From: Chrysomallon squamiferum
Taxonomy: Eukaryota > Animalia > Mollusca
Direction: 5' to 3'
NCBI GenBank assembly: GCA_012295275.1
Contig: CM022671.1
Span: 7,192,001-7,256,000, forward strand
Length of the DNA: 64,000 bases
Part shown: positions 44,111 through 57,710 of the stretch, piece by piece
How the letters are laid out: each line of letters opens with the position of its first letter
Position numbering within the stretch: position 1 is the first letter of the stretch
Translations under genes and position numbers: made by a program
The notes under the pieces: generated by a model
Database searches by the model: none
What the model saw: only the letters and a program-made list of their open reading frames with translations
What the model was told of the DNA's origin: nothing

Positions 44111-46022
44111 TTGCAGTGCGCTATTTTCTAGAAACCTAACCATAACAAACAAAAAACGAAAATTGAAAAAAATAAGATACCTTCAAAAAAATATCAGTAA
44201 CGTAGACATGCATTAGGTGTACTCACAAATGTGTAAATTGTTAGTTAGATGTCTGCTTTTAAATTAAAGATCAACACAACATGCAGCAAATGCACGTGAA
44301 GAACGAGAAATTACAAATACGACTGAAAGGTCATTCAAACAGTGGAACAGGCGAAGAACATTTGATATTAACTGTACTGAAACAAAATGTTTTATAATTT
44401 CACGAGTCACGTTTAAAGTAATAGAAACAAACGGGTTTTTTTTAAGTTTTTAAATGAAATAAAGAACTGAGCTAAAGCTGAATATATATAGACAGATAAC
44501 AGCTAATTCGTGGTTTTATAATCTCTATAAAATATTTGTTCTTTAAGAACCAATATCGAGAGATGAACCCAGAATCTTGGGGTTGATGATGCTTTAGGAA
44601 TGAGTAGGTTTCCAAAACAATATGTAAATGTTTTTAATTTGAACTTATAAATTTGACAGGATGACTGAAAGAGAGAGAGAGACTGATCTGTTTATTGTGA
44701 ACTGTTTCAAACTGACAAGTACTTGTGCCTTTTTATTTCCAATTACGGCATCAATCAGTTTAGAGAGCTTAAGCTATTCATGATTTGCGATTTTACAGCG
44801 TGTGATTACAGCCTTAATCCCAGTATTTTTAAAACATCACATTATCGTCATCTACGATTTAATACAAGAAACTTGCAGTGTTAAGTCGTATGTGTAATCA
44901 CAACATCTTATTGTTTATTTATTTTTCATTCTTCATCTCAAAGATTCGATCTGAGAACCTTGTAATCTTAAATCTGACATCTTCTTAATCAGTGCATCTA
45001 CAAGACTGTGATCATTATTTCTCTACTTTGCAACAAAGAAAATTATCACAGAAAGTGAGTTATACACACGCACATTGACGTGTCCCGTTTGTTTGTTCAA
45101 ACCCAACACAGCTGAAACTTGATGACGCTCAGTTCCTCCTCTTCTGACAAGTTGTAAAGAGTCAATGGTAAAGACAACATGATGATGGTCCTTTGTGCAC
45201 TGTTATCCCGGTATTCTGTGTCGGTAAGCCTGTCTGATTGTTCAGTCTTTGTTAACAGCGTCTGTGGACTGACTAGCACTGTTCTGTGAATGCTGATCAG
45301 ATGTTGAAACAAAGCGTGTCGTGACGGGCGAGTTGGTTTCGCTGTTGTTGTTTTGCAGTGTGTACAAACACACTCAGCTTAATTACTTCACTTGTTACTA
45401 TTCGGTTTCATTCCAAGTCCTTTCTTCTTCTTTTATTTATTTTTATTTTTATTTTTTTTTTTTTTCGTCGTCTTCATTTTTCTTTGTCTATATTTTTCTG
45501 TTCTTTTTTTTATTTTTTTACTTTTTGTTTCATTGCTTCTAAAAAAAAAAATATATATATATATATATTTATTTAGCGAAACACAAATTTCAGTTTTAAG
45601 AAATTACACGGATATTAATTTTTTTTTTTTTAAATAAGAAAAGTAAGCATAAAAAATGTTTGCTCTCTATTTTATTCTTTCATTCAAAAGCAAAAGATAA
45701 TTTAATCAGCTTAAGATAAAGTGTTTTTATAAAGACAATGAAAACATTTATTGAACTAAACTTTCTTGTATTCTTCCAGATTTATTTTTAGCAATCACTA
45801 ATAAAAATAAAAATAATAACAAGCAGAAGAAAAAGAAGAAGAAGAAGAACAACAACAACAACAACAATAATAATATTAATAAAAATAATAATAATAATAA
45901 AGTTTTAGAAAAAAAAAACATTTTATCCTCTTACTACTATTGCTATCATAATCATTCTTCTTCTTCTTCTTCTTCTTATTATTATTATTATTATTATTAT
46001 AATTATTATTATTATTATTATT

Positions 46023-46059
<37 letters not shown>

Positions 46060-46490
46060 TCAAAGAAAGTTATGTTTTAATTTAATTTATTCAGATATCA
46101 ATTAATAGTTTTAATATCGTTCTAAAATTTTTACTTTCAACAGAAATAAAATAAAAGAGAAGGAAGCCTCGTATTTGAAACAACAGTTGTATCTGAATCC
46201 ATGTAAAACACAGAAAACAACACGTAACAACAACACGTAACAACAACACGTAACAACAACATAACAACAAGTTTGTATGTGTTAACGTTTAGGGTTATTA
46301 ACATATGTAGCAAATATGGTGAAGTTACCATGTGTCAAATTTTTTATATATATATATATATATACACAGACAGAGAGAGTCACAGAAACAAAATAAATTA
46401 TTAAAAAATGTAGAAGTATGGTAACTCAGTCTTTAAAGAGTCTTATACACATTAACACTTAAGCAACGATTATTAAAGGTTCAGGATCCT

Positions 46491-46632
46491 GAATATGAAA
46501 TTTAAATGCAATTTGTGTTTAGACTTAAATTCTCTTATGTGGATATATCCATATATTCCAAAATCTGAAAAATTCCGAAATCCAGAATACTTTCGGTCCC
46601 AAACTTTTCGGATAAGGGATTCTTGGTCTGTA
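46491..46632 (+). mobile_element. 3' end of a pogo/Tigger-like (Tc1/mariner superfamily) DNA transposon
   Basis: tttgtgtttagactt...atattccaaaatctgaaaaattccgaaatccagaatactttcggtcccaaacttttcggataagggattcttggtctg followed by TA. Resembles my recollection of the Tigger4/Zombi terminus; CTG|TA fits a pogo TIR plus TA target site. Confidence 0.65.
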
Positions 46633-47099
46633 TTACTAATAATAACAAACATTAGATAAATAGTTAAGACTGCGTCCAAAACGGAGTATGCCATTTCCAT
46701 AACATTAATACCTGTCTGAAAAGATTAATTAATTAATTTGAAGATAAACCTTTCATGTTATCAACTTTTGATATAAGTTATATTATAAATTTAAAACGAA
46801 AACAAACTTCACAGTTATTGTTATTATTGTTATTATTAATAATATAGGACTAAGCGCGAAATGACTTTTTGTACAAATCATCAAATCATTATAAGAGTTA
46901 TTCCCCTTGAACTGGCTTTCTTTTAAATGCTATGTAATAACGCACGCATTTGCATAAAAGATGAACTTGTTTCTTCATTTTCTTCATTGTTGTTGTTGCT
47001 GCTGCTGATGATTATTCTTGATGCTGTTGCTCTTGTTGTTGTTGTTATTATTATTATCTGGATTAGAATATTTCCTTTAATTATCATTATTATACTCTC

Positions 47100-47251
<152 letters not shown>

Positions 47252-47957
47252 AATATGCTTTGCTTTTGCCCCTGATCGGGTTAAATTTTAATTAAAGTTG
47301 TGACCTCGACAAAACTATTTGTTCTCGATACACATGGCTGAAAAAGTGGGTTCTGAACTTCTGTCCAAACAATTTCTGTGTCTACAGTGTCAGAACAGTT
47401 ATAAAGATTTTTTTACTTCACTTTTTTGACACATCGATCAATATTTGACAAAGCAGTTCTGTCAGACAAAGATAATTAGAACGGGAGAGGAGAGTTCTAT
47501 ATACTATTTTTGATGGGTTATAAATTAAATTTTCATTTCAAAACGATAAAGACTGTCGCAAATCGGGAAGGGTTTTCTCTTTTACATTATCAATATAGAT
47601 ATTGCCATTCACTGATGCCTAATAAATATCTATTTAAAAAAAAAAAAAAAAAGATTGTTCATCTATTGGTAAAGAAGCGTTTTGCCCTTTTTCGTCCATT
47701 TGTCTGCTGAATTAGAGCACAGTTGTTGAGCTTTAGCCCGTTCTAGTAAGTACTCCAGACATGGGTTTTCAAAGTACGTGCTTTCATTTCACTGGTAATA
47801 CGCGTTTAAAAGATCCATGACGACAATCGATAAAAATCGATATGTCTTTGTGTGTGTCTGTGTGTCTGTGTGTCTGTGTGTGTTTATTTTCTCTCTCTCT
47901 CTCTCTTTGTATTTCTGCTCCTCTCCCTTTCTCTGTTTTTCTCCATATGTGCTTCCT

Positions 47958-48006
<49 letters not shown>

Positions 48007-48026
48007 TCTCTCTCTTCTCTCTCTCT

Positions 48027-48057
<31 letters not shown>

Positions 48058-48082
48058 GTTTCCCTCTCTCTCTCTCTCAATA

Positions 48083-48115
<33 letters not shown>

Positions 48116-49465
48116 CTGTTTCCCTGTCTCTCTCCCTCCCTCCCCATTTACACATGCAGCTTCATTATTTTTCCTTTCTTCTATCGGGTCCATAATCATA
48201 ATAATCATTATAATTATTACGCTAATAATAATCAGAAGTTCGAGCCAGTTTTACGTTCTGTTCTGAGCTTTGAACTTCGACTCACTCGCGTCCCGCCGCA
48301 CTCTTCTTCGCCTCTTTGCCGCTCACGTAAATAAACAAACAATACACAAAGTTATGATCAGCGCATAATAACAGACTGATAACTGATCTGCTCCGTCTGA
48401 GACCACGCCCAGAAACATCTTATCTCTTGCTTGTCGGTTTTAGTTATCTCAATTCTCCGCGACCACACAGACAGTTAAACACTCTTAAAATCTTAGTTTT
48501 TTACCTTTAGCAAGAAAAAAAAAAAATTAATAATATATATATATATGTATATTATTTTTTCTTCCTAAAGGTACAAAATAAGGCTTTAAGTTGTATAAAG
48601 ATGTGTGTATGTATATGTATAAAAGATGTAAAGGTATCTTGAAGGAATGTTCGCATTGTTTGCGGATGAATTGCAGTTCATGCCTTTTCTCGCGAGAAGA
48701 TGATTAACGAGCAGGATTTCGAGTATTGTATAATTACCCTCCTCGCCGTTTCGTTTTTTTTTCTTTTCTTTCTGTCTCTGTCTCTTTCTCTCTTTCTCTC
48801 TCTGTTTTCTTTTCACTCTCGCAGAGAACGAAATCCACACCAGATGACAAGTGGGACCGCCACAGAAGACGGAGGAGATTAACAAGTAACGCGACCCCGT
48901 CATCACCTCCTTCCACCCCCACCCCACCCCCCCACCACCCACACCACACACACATACCCACCCACACCCACCCACCCACAGTCCAGTTCCTTTTGATTCA
49001 AACTGAGTTAATCTTTGCCCCGCAGCTTTGCAGTATTAAAGAAACCTTTCAGGAACTGAATGGATTTTTCTCCTCGTCTGCTTAGCGAGGATTAAGTAAC
49101 GCGGTTTTTTTAAGCACCGCGGATGTCTCCTGACTTATTGTCGCGGGATTAACGACGTTATCGTTTTCATCCCCATCGGCCACAACGTCCCCGTGTTCGG
49201 GTATTGCTTGATACGTAGGTGTGAGTGTAAGTAAAAATGGTGATACACAATATATACGACGTTTGTGTTATTTCACGCTGTAGGGAGCTCAGTGATAATA
49301 TTTATCTTGTCGTCGTCGTCTTAATACTAATCGTTTATTTTCCTCTGTGTTTGTGTGTAAAAAAAAAAAGGCGAAGAGACAGACCACCGTAGTCGTCGTT
49401 GTGAAGTGAGTGTAGTCGTATAACGTTTCTTCTGTGCCGCTCTGTGTCGAAGGTGGGTGAGAAGA

Positions 49466-49690
49466 AGAAGAAGACGTATTTTATTTAACGACGAACTCAA
49501 CACGCTTTTAATTTGCATTTATATGGACTCAAGCAAATGGCTTAAAGACCACACATAAAAAAAAAAAAAAAAAAAAACTATTAAAAAAAAGAAGTAAAAA
49601 GAAAAAAAGGAGTGAGAATGGAATGTCTTTTTTCATAAAAAGGTTGTTTTAAAAGTACTTTTCCAAAAGACAAACAGATTTGAACGAAGT
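49466..49690 (-). mobile_element. SINE-like repeat, 3' portion
   Basis: tattttatttaacgacgaactcaacacg...tatatgg...atggcttaaagaccacaca aligns with the 14003 copy and is preceded by a (GAA)n tail. Confidence 0.55.
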
Positions 49691-49856
49691 GATGTATTGA
49701 TTTTATTATAAACCTAAATTATATAATTTCGCATGTATTTGTTTTAAAAATTTTGTTGTTGCCGATATTTTCGTAAATTCAGCTACTAAAACAATAACTG
49801 ATGAAGATATGAAACTGGAATGGAGAGATAGAGAGAGCAAAGAGTGCGTGTGCGGG

Positions 49857-49892
<36 letters not shown>

Positions 49893-51489
49893 TATCTGTC
49901 TGCTTCTTTCTTTTTGTTTGTTTGCATCTACAGACAGACAGAGCTCTGTAACCATACACGAAATAAATTCTAGAAATCAAAGAAATAGACATGAAATTAT
50001 CAAACAAAACAAACCAAACAAACAAACAACAACCAGCATCCATTTTTCACCCTACCCATTTCCACCACCTTCTGCCCAGACCAAAACACGCACACCCACA
50101 TCTCACAGGTTGAACTGCTTCTCTATCTTTTTGTAGCCAAATGTCGGAACGATAAATTTCCATGCTATCTCGACCCCTACAAAGCCAGATCGGCATAAAA
50201 CTAACACTCACAGATCACAAATAAATTTTCTTGCGCGCGTACCTGCACGTGGCATGAGGTCAAGTAACCGGGGCGTGTCCAGACCCCGTGTTCCTGTGAC
50301 CGATAAGATATTATTTAACTGAAAACCTATCCCAGAATTCACAGGACTCGCCGAGAATGGTATGTTGATTGTCTAATCTGAAACCGAAAGTTACAACGAA
50401 CAATAAACATAAAAAGCCCTGCAAAAAATTCTTTAGATATGCACCTGTAGTTTTATTATTAGAAATGCAATCGGGGTTTTTTTTGGTTTTTTTATATGAA
50501 TCTCTGTATGCTGGAAGATTGTTTATGGATTGGCGTTATCTGTTTGTCTGTTTATCTATCTGTCTGCTGTATGATTGTCTATTAGTCTGACTGTCTGACT
50601 GGCTGTTAATCTATCTGAATATATGTCTCTGTCTGTCTGTCTGCCTTACATATGTGTGTGATTTACTAACGCCTGTGGCCTATTTATATACAGCAATAAA
50701 AATGTGTCTGTATGTCTAATTGTGTGTGCGTGTTTGTATGTAGATATGAACGTATACACACACACACACACATACTAAATATGCATACATATGTTCGTAC
50801 AAAAACACACACACGGACGCACAATCACATACTGGCACATTTGCGTTGTTATATTCCTGTCCTTGACAGTGCTGTAAAACATCAAAGGTTAATTGTCTTG
50901 TTGTTGTTGTTGTTTTTAATTTTCAGTAAAGGTTTCCGTCATTTTATAGACGTTCCTGAATCTATAGGTCTACAGGTATATATACTCTTTTCATTTTGCT
51001 TTCTTATTTCACTGGACATCACTGGTATCATATTTTATGGTTACACCGTTCTGAATGTAATCAAATTTTCGCATCAAATGACCACGTACAAGCCAAAAGA
51101 TAGAGTGTAGACACTAAACTGTTATTTTATGATAAAATACATTTTAACAAAATATCAAAGGCAATTATTATTAAATTTCTTTTCCACGTACACCCAATAA
51201 ATAAGCCACAGAAATCTTTTTTTTTTTTTTTTTTTTTTTTTCGGTTTGTCGAAGGGGAGACAGCTGTCTGTACAGGGCCGCACCGACCTATGCCCGGGCC
51301 CCTTTTACCCCCTACAACAGCAAATCACACTGTCTCAGCAAACACAGTGACAGAGCATCAACCTACCCAGCCTTAGGACAAAAATACTTCCTCGGTATAT
51401 TACAGCTTTAGATCACTGGTTTTTCTTCTTACTCAGTGCCCCTTTTCAAATGCTTTTGAAGGCTGGCACCAGTATAATATTTTTCACTA

Positions 51490-51945
51490 TTAAGACAGTA
51501 TTGTAGTTTGCTATATCAAAACAGTGTCGCATTTTGCTCTGTCAAAAACAATTAAGCATTTTGCTCTGTTAAAACAGTAAAGTATTCTGCCCTATTAAAA
51601 CTATATAGTATTTTGCTCTATCAAAAGAGTACAGCATTTTGGCCTATTAACACATAGTATTTTGCTATATCAAAACAATATGGCATTTTGCTCTATTAAA
51701 CAGTGTCGCATTTTGCTCTGTCGAAAATAACTAAGCATTTTGTTCTATTAAAACAGTAAAGTATTTTGCTGCATTAAAAACAATAAGGTATTGTGTTCTA
51801 TTAAAACTGTATGGCATATTGCTTTGTTAAAGTACTATAGCATTTTGCTCTGTTAAAAACAGTGCAACACATTGCTCTATATAAAACAGTATAACACATT
51901 GCTCTATATAATACGGTATAGTATTTTGACGTGTAAAATAGTACT
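51490..51945. repeat. About 26-bp minisatellite, about 17 diverged copies
   Basis: ATTTTGCTCT-like core at 51531, 51558, 51584, 51610, 51636, 51659, 51686, 51710 and onward. Confidence 0.88.
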
Positions 51946-52789
51946 GTATTCTGACCTCTTTCACTAAAACCGAGTCGGTGGATTTACACTGCACCTGTTA
52001 ACAATTTAGATTATCGTCTGAGATGAATGGCGCTGACCTTTGCCTCATAGAAGAATATTTATTTATGAAAACACTGATATCACTGACCCTTAAACTCACA
52101 TCTATTTAGGAAGAGAGATTTTTATGTCAAGACGACTCAAATTACAGCCGTGGAAGAGTTTAATTATGGAAATCGTAATTAGACGTTTGCTGTTCAGTTA
52201 GAAAATTTAAATAATTTTCACATATGTATACGTACGAACGTACGAATATACATAGTTCGTGCATGCACACATACGTACATACATACATACATAGGTGCAT
52301 ATATACACACATACATATACATAACATATATACATATATATATATGAGTGTAGTCAATTTAATGTTTCTCGCTATAGGGCTTGGTATTTTCTTATTACAA
52401 ATGAAATATCCACTATTTAAAAGTTACATGACAAGAAATGGGTTTCCTCTACCTGCAGAAACAACTTTCAGTACAATTTGTTAAAAAAAAATGTCTCTTG
52501 TGTGGTAGTTTTAAGGATCAAAAAGTGGGTGTGTTTTGCATTATAATGTAATGTAGTTACACTGGGACATTTCTTTGATCATTTATTTATTATTAGCAGA
52601 AAGGTGTTGAGTTGTCTCCTAATTTTCTTTTGTTATGCTAAGGTTTGTTTCAGTGAAAGAATTATCATTCTACACATCGTCACTGTGGAGTAACTGATTT
52701 GTGAAGATCGCGTTATTTTGAAAATGGATTCATATTTCCTGATACTAATTATCACTGAACCCCTCATAACATAGATAAACCTCCAGCTG

Positions 52790-53400
52790 AAGTTAAAAAT
52801 GAAAAAACCACGAAAGTGACAAAGAAAACAGAGAGTGAAGATGGACCAACATCCTGAATAACTAGAAGGACTTAAGACAATGGATGCAGAAGTGAAGCAG
52901 TCAGAACGGGATAAAGACAAACAAGTAATAACCATTAAGGAAAAACAAAAGGAAGCAATGAAACGATGACTAATTTTGACAAAGTCGTTGCAGACGGGCA
53001 AAGTCTGAATAGGAAGGCAGGACAATAGTACATATGAAAGCCAAGAACGATATAAAGTCTGTGACGCCTGCAGAAAAAAAAAAGAGTTAATAAGAAACTA
53101 AAGAGAGCATGATGCAATCGGGACAATAAGGCATCCCCCTCAAAAAAAAAAAAAAAAAGAACGCGTGAAGGAAAAGTATCAGAAAAAAAAGAAAAAAAGA
53201 ATTGGAAGTTACAGTTTAGAATGCTCTCACAAGATTCAATTGATTCTGCAAATGAGCCAGACTAGACATCAACTAGGACTAGACAAAACTTGTATTACCA
53301 CAGGCAAAGAGTATTAACACGGATGCCAACATCAAGGGAGGGAACTTTTACTGTTAGACTGCGGTAAAGGGACAAAAATATGGGATCGCCAGCATAAACA
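52790..53400 (+). pseudogene. Decayed Lys/Arg/Glu-rich coding remnant, probably transposon-derived
   Basis: From 52799 it reads MKKPRK*QRKQRVKMDQHPE*LEGLKTMDAEVKQSERDKDKQVITIKEKQKEAMKR* with in-frame stops. The sequence is purine-rich and non-repetitive; family not identified. Confidence 0.3.
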
Positions 53401-55209
53401 TGTAAAAAAAATGTTAAAAAATAATATTCATTAGATACAAAGATTGCTATGTACATAATCTAATCATAGTGACGAATGTTACACAAGGCATTGAACTGTC
53501 TAATTCACAAGCGTCCATTTTAAAACGAAGGCAAACCATTATCTTCTGACCATTGTTTTGGTACATGTGACCATCATACTCTATTTTTTTTTTTTTTTTT
53601 TTTTTTAAAAAGAGCTAAAGATAAATTGTTTAATGGTAGAACATTTTCCACTGCTGTTTTTTTACATAAGTATTTCATTTTTCGTGACTTCACATACAAA
53701 CACACACACACACATTCACACACTCGCATACAATATACATGTATGTTCTTATAGACACTTTGAATGCAAATAATTTATTTCAAGTGTCGTTTCATCACAA
53801 GAACAAAACCAACAACGTGAAGAATAATGCCAACAACATCAGCATCGACGACAATAATAATAGTAATAGTAATAATAAAAGTAATAGTAATAATAAAATT
53901 AAAATAATAATAATAATAGTACTAATAATAAATAAATAATAAAAATAATAATAATAATAGTACTAATAATAAATAAATAATAAAAATAATAATAATAACA
54001 GTACTAATAATAAATAAATAATAATAATAGTTGATTACTGTTTAAACACGTTCTGTCTGGACGGAACTAATTGCGAACGGCGGAAGATCGCTTCACGGTA
54101 TTAACGATTTCAAATCATCTTGTGTTTGATCCTTCCGATTATTTCGCGCACGTTCTCTCACAAACAGCCATCTCGAGAAGTCTCGAGTGTGTCGTCTGCG
54201 GCGACGTTTGATCCGCTCACAAATCTTTGTTCGTCGATTTCCCAGCCACTCGGCTTCACCGTGGCTCGGGTTTGATAAAACTCTGTGAAGACGACAAGAA
54301 TCACCGCGCTGCGCGGACATCAAATAACGACGCTATTTCGCCACCCACCGCTGTCGAGTTAATCGTTTTGTAGCGAAGTGACAGCAGACTGTTACCCACG
54401 ATTGATACATCGTGACGCGAACAACCGAGTCCTGCTAAACAACAAACATTACCGACACTTTAATCGGAGCGCCACCACCTGCAAAACAACAAGACCAGAG
54501 GGAGGCTGCAGTAATAATAACAGCGAGGCTGACCCCTGACGAGGTGACCTCGAAAGCAGACGAAAACCGCTTCATCCATGTTGTTCGTTTTCTTTATCTG
54601 TTGTTGTTTTTTTTTTTTTTGATTGTGGAAGGACAGTGGGATGTGCATCTTGATCGTTTTTTTTTTGTTTTTTTTTATGAGAGCAAAAATATGCCGCTAT
54701 GAATTTCGCCCGATAACGAACTATTTCAGTGGCGATCTATACTTTTGTAGTTATGACACGTGACTTATTTACGACCTGGTATCTGCACGTGGATGCTTGT
54801 GCTCGAGCGCGTTATCTCTGAGTTCTGTAGCTTTGACCTTTGCTTCGTCCAGCTCTGCTTCATCATAAGGGCGCACCAAACCAGCTGATGTTCAGCGTCC
54901 AGCTTCTATCTTCCACTTTCCTCTGCGTTTTTTTAACTCGCTGCATTTCACACTCAGTTACCCAGATCCTGATAGCGAAGTGGTCTAATCAAACCACGTT
55001 CAGTTCAGACAGTCGGACAGTCGGACAAATAGATGACTTATAGCGTACACGTGTCTAATATAAAGGTTCACAGGGTTGGTCCTTGGTTTCCACCATCTGC
55101 ATATTCCTATGACTTACTGTGGACAGAATAATAATAATAATAATAATAATAACATGTGCGTGCGTGGTGTGTGTATATATATACTATGTACACATACACA
55201 CACGAACAT

Positions 55210-55245
<36 letters not shown>

Positions 55246-55306
55246 CATTGGCATCTTAACCATCCTACATTCATGCATACATGCATCATATTTACATATA
55301 TTAATC

Positions 55307-55365
<59 letters not shown>

Positions 55366-57669
55366 CATAAACACTGTATTAACAACTCAATTACGTACTA
55401 AGACACACGCACTCATTCTGAACTTGAGAACCGATTCCCACACGCACACACACACTGCCAGCCCGACGTGCGAACGTACACGCGGACAAGCGAAACCATT
55501 CTTTGTCTGCACCGCACCGCGTTCACCCCTGCACCAAGCCACCTACGCCAATTTGCACAGATAAACCTGGCTTCGTCAGCAAAACGACGAGCTCTTCAAA
55601 GATTACAAAGTGTTGCAAGTCGCAGCGTGGTAACAACGACTGCTTATGGACTGCGTGAGAATCAGAATCGCCTGTCTGTTGACGTTGGAAGCAAGTACGT
55701 CCAGTGCTTGTCCCGTGCACGGAAAAAATACAAAAAATACAAATTAAAAAAAAAAAATTATCGTTAAATTACACGATGTCTTTTTACGATCGTATCAGTC
55801 ACTTCCGTTCAGAAATTGTTACAGCGAGGTTACAGGATATATCTGTCAAACTTGTTGGTAGACATGCATAGAGTGCATGTATGCATATATGCATAAACAT
55901 ATATACATGCATATATACAGACATGCATATATACATAAGCATACATACGTAGATACAGACGTACATACATACAATCAGACAGACGTATATATAATACGCA
56001 GATACATAACACACATACATTCACATACAAACATACATACAGACACACATACGTATACGTATAATATATGTATAATGCATACACACATAAGGTTTTCTTG
56101 ATGGCCGAATCTTAACATCGTCGGCCTTCGGGGTGTGGGTGAATGGGTGCCATACGTTCCAGTCTCGTCAGTGGCATTTGACGTGATTTGTGAGGTCGTG
56201 ATTGAACTTTGTCCTCCTGCGCCAGTGCGTTCCCGAATATTGTCTATGTACAGTCTAATCTGTGCATAAGACAGAGAATATTCAAAATCCTAAAGTACAT
56301 AAATACATACATACATCCGTCTGTCCGACCATGCATGGATGCTTACATACAAAGATGCATATGTGAATATACATATATTTAAAAACACAAACATACGTAT
56401 ATATATTTTTTATTTTACATGGATATAGATGAAGGAATTAACGAGCACCTCATCATCATTGCTGTTACTATTGAAAGTGGTGGTAGTCATTTCTTTGTTC
56501 GTTTTCAATATTATCGCCATGATCATTATAATCATCATCATCTCCATCATAATTATTACCACACTTCTATCACAATCATCATCGTCATCATTTGGATTAT
56601 TATGTTGCTGTTGTTGTGGTTGTTATTGTTGTTATTGTAGTCGATACATTCTTTATAACTATAACCAGGACGTCTGTTACTTGTTAATAATAATGAAAAT
56701 ATCAACAACATCAACAACAATAACAATAATAATAACAACAGCAAAACAACAACAGCAACAACAACAATAATAATAAGAGCAACACTAATACTTTCACAAC
56801 AATAACAACAAAATCAGTAACATGATAATAACAAACAGAACGCACAATGTTTCCGTGTCACAGACAACATAAATACAATTTCAGACCATCTGCTGTAAAC
56901 GCGTGTCTAGGTGGACCTACACGTGCACACTTGAGAATCGACTACACCCAGCAGTTTATCGAAACGCACACGTGCATCAAACGTGTCCACCTGCTCTGAA
57001 AAACTCGTTCGTAAAACTCGGCAGTAAATTTCTTCTCCACGCTGTGTACAATTTGTACGATTTTGAAAACATAAAAATAAAAGAGCTTTGGAGACGAAAA
57101 CTGATACGAAAACTCGATTACAAACATCCAAACACTCACTCACATACATACATACGTACTTGACTCTTTATCTCTCGTGTTTACACACACACCTACATAT
57201 TGACCTGCAGACGTCTTAATACTGGAAATTCCCGCCTGTTTTTCATTTTTTTTTTTTTTTTTTTCATTTCTCCTTGACACAGATTTTTGATGACCTTCAA
57301 AAAAATATTCTCCCGAACCATAAGTAACATTTTAAAATAAAATTCAGATCCAGAAAGAGAAAAAAAATAAAAATACATTTTTAAACGTTTGTAAATGGAG
57401 CTGTAATGGTTCTTATATCTTTATATCCGTTTAATACTGCATTTCAACTTAGCGTAGTGGTCTGGTCGATTTCTTATATTTCTAACAGTTAAGATGAAAC
57501 CTAACATTAAGCTGCGGATATCAGTTAATATAGCTGTTTATATGTGTGGGTGTGTGTGTGCGCCGATAAATAATTTATTATATATATCCTCTCAGAAATT
57601 GTTATTTTACTAATTTCAAAACGGTACAGCTGTGACCTAAAACAACACTTATTTTTCTTCTTTTCTTCA

Positions 57670-57710
<41 letters not shown>

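Noticed and set aside
45179-45223. Short + strand ATG-to-donor segment MMMVLCALLSRYSVS|GTAAGC
   Set aside because: No convincing downstream coding exon could be linked to it; compatible with chance.
48824-48884. Possible exon RTKSTPDDKWDRHRRRRRLT after a strong pyrimidine tract
   Set aside because: The tract is a CT microsatellite, the donor GTAACG is weak and the peptide is unrecognised.
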